Part shown: positions 1 through 6,556 of the stretch, one piece after another
Layout: every line of letters starts with the position of its first letter
Position numbering within the stretch: the first letter of the stretch is position 1
Source: Synechocystis sp. PCC 6803 substr. PCC-P
GTDB lineage: Bacteria > Cyanobacteriota > Cyanobacteriia > Cyanobacteriales > Microcystaceae
Length of the DNA stretch: 32,000 nucleotides
NCBI RefSeq assembly: GCF_000284455.1
Contig: NC_017039.1
Location: 3,090,001-3,122,000 of the forward strand
Direction of reading: 5' to 3'
Program-made: the position numbers and the translations under genes
Notes under the pieces: model-generated
Seen by the model: only the letters and a program-made list of their open reading frames with translations
Told to the model about the DNA's origin: nothing
The model's database searches: none

Positions 1-845
1 ATCCTTATTTTGTACCCGGCACCCGTGATGATTATTACTGGTTTGCCCAAAAAAATGAAGGCAACACTTGGCAAGCTTATAACGAACAAGCAACAGGGGC
101 GATCGCCATCGACAAAGTTGACGTGGGGGATGCCCTAGAGTCTGCCAGGATTGAGCTAGGTCAGTTTGTCCGAATCGAGTTGGCTTTATTTAAAGATATT
201 GGGGATCCTCTTATCTCCGATGATGGGCAACTCGCCTACCATATGGAACAAATTGATGGTCAAGGCAAGACCGAAGTTCAGGGCACTCGCTATACAGCAG
301 CATCGTTGCAACAGACTTTTGCTAGTGCCGATGATGCCTTTACCCAACTGGGGGATAGTGGTCTTCCCATCTATCGCAGTGACTTAGCCACCGTCTATGC
401 ACCGTCCCAGGTGATGAACCTAACCATTCAAAAATTCGAACATGATCCGGTTACAGGACTGGACTGGAACGGGGACCAATGGGTTGGCCTTGGCATTGGG
501 ACCAAAGACTACGCTGCTAGCACAGCATTTGGTTCAGAATTAGCCGTATCAGGTAAGGTTATTTCCGGCGTCTCGGGTAAACCGTTCAAATTCACTGATG
601 CAGGAAACTATCGCATTACCTTTGAAATTGAAGAGGGGGCTTCGATTTTCTTGGATGCGGGGACTGAACGTTACAATGTCGCAGGCGCCAGGGGGATGGT
701 GATTGTTCCTGATAGCTCCAACCATAATGGTTTGATCTATCTCGATATTGCTGTGCCCTCTTCTGTATCGGGTACTGAGGAAGTTGTCTTGGGAACCCAG
801 GACGTCTTTAAAACCCAATTTGTTGAATTGGCACCCGTCAGTTAG
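1..845 (+). CDS. C-terminal part of a larger hypothetical protein (5' end lies off-window)
   Basis: Frame 3 is open from nt 3 (PYFVPGTRDDYYWFAQKNEGNTWQ...). It runs straight through the GTG at 123 used by the ORF track and ends at TAG 843-845. One HIP1 site lies inside (99-106). No motif I recognise. Confidence 0.6.
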   Translation, partial: PYFVPGTRDDYYWFAQKNEGNTWQAYNEQATGAIAIDKVDVGDALESARIELGQFVRIELALFKDIGDPLISDDGQLAYHMEQIDGQGKTEVQGTRYTAASLQQTFASADDAFTQLGDSGLPIYRSDLATVYAPSQVMNLTIQKFEHDPVTGLDWNGDQWVGLGIGTKDYAASTAFGSELAVSGKVISGVSGKPFKFTDAGNYRITFEIEEGASIFLDAGTERYNVAGARGMVIVPDSSNHNGLIYLDIAVPSSVSGTEEVVLGTQDVFKTQFVELAPVS

Positions 846-903
846 CTTTAAATCCCTCCCAGGGAGCAAGTAAGTTTTCTTTCCCTTCCTCAGCTAAGGG
901 TAG

Positions 904-950
904 AGCTATCCGTTGGAAGATTAACAAAAATCTGCTTGCGGATAGCTTTT
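904..950 (+). terminator. candidate intrinsic terminator downstream of the first CDS
   Basis: AGCTATCCG (904-912) pairs perfectly with CGGATAGCT (939-947), followed by TTT (948-950). The 26-nt loop is long for a terminator. Confidence 0.3.
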
Positions 951-1235
951 GATCGGCGCAAATTTACGAAAGGGTTCCAGCAGGGGTTTTGTCCAGCGCC
1001 CCCCGAAGGACAGTTAGATTTAGGGGATGAATTGCCGGTGCTTTTCCTACTCTCTGAACGTACAATTTAACTTGATTTGGGCTAGTAGTCCTTGGAATTG
1101 ACAGAGAGAAAATAAGTAGGAGTTGGGTTGGCGATTAAAGCTCTAACTTAAAAGCTGTAGTAGAACTAGTAAGTATATTTAAAGAAAAAGCTACAGCTCT
1201 AAGTAAAAATCGTTGCTTATATTTTTCAGGTAAGA

Positions 1236-1673
1236 TCAGTTTTTAGAGCCAGACATAGAATGAACTAGAGTTGATTTAACAGTCTTTAACCAACGCCAAG
1301 AAACGGCATTAATTAGTAATCCCAGCAGAAATAGAAATATCATTAAAAATATTTGGTACCAAACAATCGTTTCTAAGCTAAGATCAGCAATCAAATGCCC
1401 TAAGTTAAGCACTGAATATACTACAGTTAAGCCAAAATGAACCTGACGTACTTTGCGGGACTGACTAAAAGAAATAACGATAATAGCAAATAGTGGCAGT
1501 ATAAAAAAGATTAACATCAGCCAAAAAATTGGAGAAACATCGGCCATAGTTTGCCCATGGAACTCCGCCACACTCAAATCATGAAAAAGGGGCATTAATC
1601 CCAAATCAGTATGAAACAGCATTGCCAACAAAAACACTGTCCAGAGGTTAACAATACGATGACTGTAATCCAT
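1236..1673 (-). CDS. small hydrophobic membrane protein, function unknown (about 4 predicted TM helices)
   Basis: 145-aa ORF with hydrophobic stretches (WTVFLLAMLF, IFWLMLIFFILPLFAIIVISF, IFLMIFLFLLGLLINAV). AT-rich, with no HIP1 site. Confidence 0.5.
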   Translation of the reverse strand: MDYSHRIVNLWTVFLLAMLFHTDLGLMPLFHDLSVAEFHGQTMADVSPIFWLMLIFFILPLFAIIVISFSQSRKVRQVHFGLTVVYSVLNLGHLIADLSLETIVWYQIFLMIFLFLLGLLINAVSWRWLKTVKSTLVHSMSGSKN

Positions 1674-1717
1674 AGTATTTCCTCTAAAAAAATGAGAGTG
1701 GTCTAAATTTTGTCTAA

Positions 1718-2588
1718 GAAAGTGTTTGAAAAGTTTTAAGCAAGCCTTTGAAGCATGAGATGAACCATGGCAACATAGAGCATGGTCTCACTGGTGGTAG
1801 GTAAATATTCATAATCCTTGCTTAAACGACGATAGCGACCAAACCAAGCAAAGGTGCGCTCGACTACCCAACGGCGGGGTAAGACTTCAAAACCTTTTTG
1901 TCCCTGCTTTTTGCTGACGACATTCAAATTCCAACCAAAAGTATGCTCCACCCAATAGATAAAATCCTTTCCGCCAAAGGTGCTATCAGTCCATATAACT
2001 TGCAGGCACTGCCAAAGGGGAGCAAACCAGGTAGCAAGTAGAATCAGACCCTGATGGTCGGAGCGATGGGCACCATGGACGACAACATCGAGAAGTAATC
2101 CCATGGTATCCACGAGGATTGTACGTTTACGACCATTGACCTTTTTTCCGCCGTCATAGCCAGTTTCTTGGCCAGTTCCAGCCTTTTTAAGTGACTGTGA
2201 ATCTAAACAACCGGCACTAGGGTGAGTATTTCTTCCAGCTTTGAGCCGAACTTTCTCACGGAAGATACGGTTTAATTTTTTCCAGGTACCATCTTCGTGC
2301 CATGGCTGGAAATAACCATAGACCGTTCGCCATTTAGGAAAATCATGGGGCAGAAGTCGCCAGGCACACCCCGTTCTGAGCATGTAAAAAATAGCATTGA
2401 GTATCTCCCGCAGACTAGTTTTCCGTTTTCTTCCCCCAGTTTTTGCTTTGGGTAAATGAGGTTCTACCAATTGCCACTGGCTATCTGTGATGTCCGTGCT
2501 GTAAAATTCTCGAATTATCATTAATTATGGTGAAAATTTTATTCTTTTCACCATTTTCCATTCTTCACCCTACTTTTCAAACACGCTC
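1718..2588 (-). mobile_element. IS5-family insertion sequence, 871 bp, copy 1 (probably the type called ISY523 in Synechocystis nomenclature; name from memory)
   Basis: Ends are GAAAGTGTTTGAAAAGT (1718-) and ACTTTTCAAACACGCTC (-2588), giving 15/17-matching inverted repeats. TAA flanks both sides (1715-1717 and 2589-2591). The boundaries were fixed by comparison with the empty site of copy 2. Confidence 0.9.
1736..2521 (-). CDS. IS5-family DDE transposase (intact, 261 aa)
   Basis: The N-terminus (SQWQLVEPHLP...GRKRK...LNAIFYMLRTGCAWRLLP) and the C-terminal part (RRWVVERTFAWFGRYRRLSKDYE) are typical of IS5/IS427-IS1031-group transposases. The protein is identical to the 4216..5001 ORF. Confidence 0.9.
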   Translation of the reverse strand: MIIREFYSTDITDSQWQLVEPHLPKAKTGGRKRKTSLREILNAIFYMLRTGCAWRLLPHDFPKWRTVYGYFQPWHEDGTWKKLNRIFREKVRLKAGRNTHPSAGCLDSQSLKKAGTGQETGYDGGKKVNGRKRTILVDTMGLLLDVVVHGAHRSDHQGLILLATWFAPLWQCLQVIWTDSTFGGKDFIYWVEHTFGWNLNVVSKKQGQKGFEVLPRRWVVERTFAWFGRYRRLSKDYEYLPTTSETMLYVAMVHLMLQRLA

Positions 2589-2600
2589 TAAAGGGGAGAA

Positions 2601-2798
2601 TTAAAGTGAAAAGCGTTCAAAAAAAAGAACAGCAAAATTAGAAGTAGCAGCTCGCCAATCTTGGATAGAGCGTTGCCATTTTTTAGTGATGTTATTTATA
2701 GTTAAATATAATAGCTCAAAAACAGAGTCTTCGTCATCAAATCCTAGAGCAGACCCTATTACAACTCTCCCCAAAAATCCCTTGCTGAAGTGCTCCAT
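2601..2798 (-). pseudogene. C-terminal remnant of an IS256/mutator-family transposase
   Basis: GFDDEDSVFELLYLTINNITKKWQRSIQDWRAATSNFAVLFFERF follows the conserved IS256 C-terminal pattern (FP.d.Sa.k..YLa....skKW.mpi.dW..A.n.F...F..R). Only about 65 aa remain, and nothing upstream resembles a DDE domain. Confidence 0.7.
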
Positions 2799-2871
2799 TA
2801 GATTTTAAATGTACGCAATCACTCAGATTACGGCAGTTATGAGGAGAAGGTATGGGCAAAACTTATCAGAC

Positions 2872-3414
2872 TCAAAACACACACCGTTGCAGCAAAAAGA
2901 AAAAAGGCTGAGGGATAGGTTTATAGTCCATCAAACCAAATACGGAGTTATCATCAATTTTCTTAAAAGAGTCATTAATAGGTAAATAATCGTAAATCAT
3001 AGTGGCGGTAACTACACCACGGCTTTCCATCATTCGCAAACGTGCTTGGCTAACTTCAGTTTTAAAAAAACTAGTGAACCAACGCAGTCCTGGGGCAATC
3101 CATGGATAACGATTGATACGAAAATTTAGGGAGAGTGCCATCACAGTTGGATCTGGTCTGAGCTTGAAAATTTCTCCCTGGGTATTTTTAAATAACAAAG
3201 GATGAACTGTTTCCGCATCAATAAACTCCTTGCCGTACCAACAGATCATCTCTAATATGCCGTCCATCGGATGATTAGTGGAAATTCCCTTGCCTTGCCA
3301 ACGCCCGGTAATAAAAGCGAGATCCACAGGTTCCAAGGAATCATAAAAAGACAATGCCTCGGCAGTAGTCATTGCGGAAGCTGACAAGAGAGATTGCAAA
3401 TCATTTTTAGCCAT
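2872..3414 (-). CDS. GXWXG/DUF4334-family protein, function unknown
   Basis: 180-aa ORF with GRWQGKG (a GXWXG motif) near aa 37-43. Length and architecture fit the GXWXG plus DUF4334 family. This is recognised from memory with no search done. Confidence 0.6.
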   Translation of the reverse strand: MAKNDLQSLLSASAMTTAEALSFYDSLEPVDLAFITGRWQGKGISTNHPMDGILEMICWYGKEFIDAETVHPLLFKNTQGEIFKLRPDPTVMALSLNFRINRYPWIAPGLRWFTSFFKTEVSQARLRMMESRGVVTATMIYDYLPINDSFKKIDDNSVFGLMDYKPIPQPFFFLLQRCVF

Positions 3415-3665
3415 CGTGGAGAAGCCATGGGCTCGAAAAGATATTGTGCCAAGTTTAGTCTGGGCGGTGACCTATGGTATGGCGGAAAGAAGAATGGATC
3501 GAGGAACAAGCGGAAAGTCTTAGGCAACCAAGGCCCCAATTCTACAAGCTAACAACCTAAGCCATCAATCAGGTAATCGCCGCCGATGTATCGGAGTCTA
3601 CCCATAGGCTCTGGATTTGTGGACTCGTTTCCTTTGGCGATCACCGAATTGTTAGAGATAAAAAC

Positions 3666-3686
3666 GCCCCTACTAATTTTGGGGGC
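3666..3686 (-). terminator. weak hairpin plus T-run; possibly the stranded terminator of the P-type ATPase gene
   Basis: On the minus strand: GCCCC-(11 nt)-GGGGC followed by GTTTTT. It lies about 100 nt downstream of the stranded native stop at 3783-3785. The stem is only 5 bp. Confidence 0.2.
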
Positions 3687-3782
3687 CTGCCATTTTCAGT
3701 AGCATCGGAGGCAAGAGGGGAGTGTCAAACCGGGATAGTTTAGTTTTTAAAAAATTACCTTTTAAACAATTATCGATGGAGG

Positions 3783-3803
3783 TTAACGGGCAAAATGTTG
3801 ATA
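3783..3803 (-). other. stranded native 3' end (YQHFAR-stop) of the P-type ATPase gene, separated from the gene by the nested IS block
   Basis: Removing 3804-6574 (IS plus one TA) joins ...AAAGTCTCTGTTCGACTGTA to TCAACATTTTGCCCGTTAA. This keeps the ATPase frame and reads KVSVRLYQHFAR-stop. Confidence 0.7.
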
Positions 3804-3875
3804 TAGTCATTTCAATTAACGATGAGAGAATTTAATGTAAAATTATGGAGTGTACAAAATGAACAGGTTTAAACA

Positions 3876-4160
3876 ATGGCTTACAGTTTAGATTTAAGGC
3901 AAAGGGTAGTAGCTTATATAGAAGCTGGAGGAAAAATAACTGAGGCTTCCAAGATATATAAAATAGGAAAAGCCTCGATATACAGATGGTTAAATAGAGT
4001 AGATTTAAGCCCAACAAAAGTAGAGCGTCGCCATAGGAAATTAGACTGGGAAGCTCTAAAAAAAGACGTAGAAGAAAATCCCGATGCAAGATTGATAGAC
4101 AGAGCCAAGAAATTTGGAGTGAGGCCGAGTGCCGTATATTACGCATTAGAGCGTGTTTGA
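3876..4160 (+). pseudogene. ISY100 transposase N-terminal fragment (copy A), truncated by the IS5-type insertion at 4149
   Basis: The first 91 codons match the intact 282-aa ISY100 transposase except T47 versus I47. The last residues (ERV-stop) are read from the inserted IS5-type end. Confidence 0.9.
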
Positions 4161-5019
4161 AAAGTAGGGTGAAGAATGGAAAATGGTGAAAAGAATAAAA
4201 TTTTCACCATAATTAATGATAATTCGAGAATTTTACAGCACGGACATCACAGATAGCCAGTGGCAATTGGTAGAACCCCATTTACCCAAAGCAAAAACTG
4301 GGGGAAGAAAACGGAAAACTAGTCTGCGGGAGATACTCAATGCTATTTTTTACATGCTCAGAACGGGGTGTGCCTGGCGACTTCTGCCCCATGATTTTCC
4401 TAAATGGCGAACGGTCTATGGTTATTTCCAGCCATGGCACGAAGATGGTACCTGGAAAAAATTAAATCGTATCTTCCGTGAGAAAGTTCGGCTCAAAGCT
4501 GGAAGAAATACTCACCCTAGTGCCGGTTGTTTAGATTCACAGTCACTTAAAAAGGCTGGAACTGGCCAAGAAACTGGCTATGACGGCGGAAAAAAGGTCA
4601 ATGGTCGTAAACGTACAATCCTCGTGGATACCATGGGATTACTTCTCGATGTTGTCGTCCATGGTGCCCATCGCTCTGACCATCAGGGTCTGATTCTACT
4701 TGCTACCTGGTTTGCTCCCCTTTGGCAGTGCCTGCAAGTTATATGGACTGATAGCACCTTTGGCGGAAAGGATTTTATCTATTGGGTGGAGCATACTTTT
4801 GGTTGGAATTTGAATGTCGTCAGCAAAAAGCAGGGACAAAAAGGTTTTGAAGTCTTACCCCGCCGTTGGGTAGTCGAGCGCACCTTTGCTTGGTTTGGTC
4901 GCTATCGTCGTTTAAGCAAGGATTATGAATATTTACCTACCACCAGTGAGACCATGCTCTATGTTGCCATGGTTCATCTCATGCTTCAAAGGCTTGCTTA
5001 AAACTTTTCAAACACTTTC
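4149..5019 (+). mobile_element. IS5-family insertion sequence, 871 bp, copy 2, nested in ISY100 copy A
   Basis: GAGCGTGTTTGAAAAGT...ACTTTTCAAACACTTTC, flanked by TTA (4146-4148 and 5020-5022). The uninterrupted target GCATTAAAGAAAATG is visible in ISY100 copy B at 5531-5545. Confidence 0.95.
4216..5001 (+). CDS. IS5-family DDE transposase (intact, 261 aa)
   Basis: Amino-acid sequence is identical to the 1736..2521 ORF. The DNA differs at 3 synonymous sites (4278, 4467, 4677). Confidence 0.9.
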   Translation: MIIREFYSTDITDSQWQLVEPHLPKAKTGGRKRKTSLREILNAIFYMLRTGCAWRLLPHDFPKWRTVYGYFQPWHEDGTWKKLNRIFREKVRLKAGRNTHPSAGCLDSQSLKKAGTGQETGYDGGKKVNGRKRTILVDTMGLLLDVVVHGAHRSDHQGLILLATWFAPLWQCLQVIWTDSTFGGKDFIYWVEHTFGWNLNVVSKKQGQKGFEVLPRRWVVERTFAWFGRYRRLSKDYEYLPTTSETMLYVAMVHLMLQRLA

Positions 5020-5191
5020 TTAAAGAAAATGAAAATAAACAGAAAAAAAAAGAACTACGTTATCGAGAAAGAAACCGGGAGGAACGAGTTAAGTACTATA
5101 GAATGTTAAGAGAACTAATTAAGCTCTATGGTAGTCAAGCTATAGTTTACATAGATGAATCTGGATTCGAAGCAATCCAGGCTTGTATTTA

Positions 5192-6138
5192 TAGTCATTT
5201 CAATTAACGATGAGAGAATTTAATGTAAAATTATGGAGTGTACAAAATGAACAGGTTTAAACAATGGCTTACAGTTTAGATTTAAGGCAAAGGGTAGTAG
5301 CTTATATAGAAGCTGGAGGAAAAATAACTGAGGCTTCCAAGATATATAAAATAGGAAAAGCCTCGATATACAGATGGTTAAATAGAGTAGATTTAAGCCC
5401 AATAAAAGTAGAGCGTCGCCATAGGAAATTAGACTGGGAAGCTCTAAAAAAAGACGTAGAAGAAAATCCCGATGCAAGATTGATAGACAGAGCCAAGAAA
5501 TTTGGAGTGAGGCCGAGTGCCGTATATTACGCATTAAAGAAAATGAAAATAAACAGAAAAAAAAAAGAACTACGTTATCGAGAAAGAAACCGGGAGGAAC
5601 GAGTTAAGTACTATAGAATGTTAAGAGAACTAATTAAGCTCTATGGTAGTCAAGCTATAGTTTACATAGATGAATCTGGATTCGAAGCAATCCAGGCTTG
5701 TATTTATGCCTGGTCAAAAAAAGGAAAAAAAGTTTATGGAGATAGACAAGGAAAAAGGGGAGTCAGAGAAAATCTAGTAGCAGGGAGAAGAAAAGGAAAA
5801 AAAGATTTGATTGCGCCGATGGTTTTTACCGGGAGTTTGAATGCAGAAGGCTTTGAAGGATGGTTAAAATTATATTTGCTACCCTCCCTCGACATTCCAT
5901 CAATATTAATAATGGATAATGCTCCTATTCATCGTAAAACTGCCATTAAAGAATTGGCTAAAGAAGCAGGTCATGAAGTTCTTTTTTTGCCGAAATATTC
6001 TCCTGATTTAAATGATATTGAGCATGACTTTAGTGCCTTGAAACGAGCTAGAATGTACGCTCCTATTGACACGTCTCTTGATGAAATTATCCGTTCTTAC
6101 TGTGGCGTTTAGCGTCTCAGCTTTATTTGAAACTACTA
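5192..6138 (+). mobile_element. ISY100 copy B, complete 947-bp element nested in copy A
   Basis: TAGTCATTTC...GAAACTACTA with imperfect terminal inverted repeats of about 24 bp. Flanked by TA (5190-5191 and 6139-6140). It sits in the TA of TGTATTTATGCC, a site seen intact in B itself at about 5699-5710. Confidence 0.95.
5264..6112 (+). CDS. ISY100 (IS630-family) transposase, intact, 282 aa
   Basis: Full-length ORF with an N-terminal HTH-like region (ASKIYKIGKASIYRWL), then YIDESGF ... LIMDNAPIHR ... LPKYSPDLNDIEHDF, a DDE/D layout typical of IS630/Tc1. Confidence 0.9.
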   Translation: MAYSLDLRQRVVAYIEAGGKITEASKIYKIGKASIYRWLNRVDLSPIKVERRHRKLDWEALKKDVEENPDARLIDRAKKFGVRPSAVYYALKKMKINRKKKELRYRERNREERVKYYRMLRELIKLYGSQAIVYIDESGFEAIQACIYAWSKKGKKVYGDRQGKRGVRENLVAGRRKGKKDLIAPMVFTGSLNAEGFEGWLKLYLLPSLDIPSILIMDNAPIHRKTAIKELAKEAGHEVLFLPKYSPDLNDIEHDFSALKRARMYAPIDTSLDEIIRSYCGV

Positions 6139-6546
6139 TATGCCTGGTCAAAAAAAGGAAAAAAAGTTTATGGAGATAGACAAGGAAAAAGGGGAGTCAG
6201 AGAAAATCTAGTAGCAGGGAGAAGAAAAGGAAAAAAAGATTTGATTGCGCCGATGGTTTTTACCGGGAGTTTGAATGCAGAAGGCTTTGAAGGATGGTTA
6301 AAATTATATTTGCTACCCTCCCTCGACATTCCATCAATATTAATAATGGATAATGCTCCTATTCATCGTAAAACTGCCATTAAAGAATTGGCTAAAGAAG
6401 CAGGTCATGAAGTTCTTTTTTTGCCGAAATATTCTCCTGATTTAAATGATATTGAGCATGACTTTAGTGCCTTGAAACGAGCTAGAATGTACGCTCCTAT
6501 TGACACGTCTCTTGATGAAATTATCCGTTCTTACCGTGGCGTTTAG
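6127..6546 (+). pseudogene. ISY100 transposase C-terminal fragment (copy A)
   Basis: From 6139 onward this duplicates the C-terminal 135 aa of the intact transposase, with one difference (RSYRGV versus RSYCGV). It has no start of its own; the track's start codon spans the junction. Confidence 0.9.
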
Positions 6547-6556
6547 CGTCTCAGCT

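Noticed and set aside
123-845. ORF-track start at 123 for the first gene
   Set aside because: Position 123 is a GTG inside a frame that is open back to nt 3. The gene clearly begins upstream of the window.
3832-5534. 104-aa and 64-aa minus-strand ORFs duplicated at 3832..4146 / 5220..5534 and 3914..4108 / 5302..5496
   Set aside because: They are antisense shadows of the ISY100 transposase N-terminus. They appear twice only because the IS is present twice.
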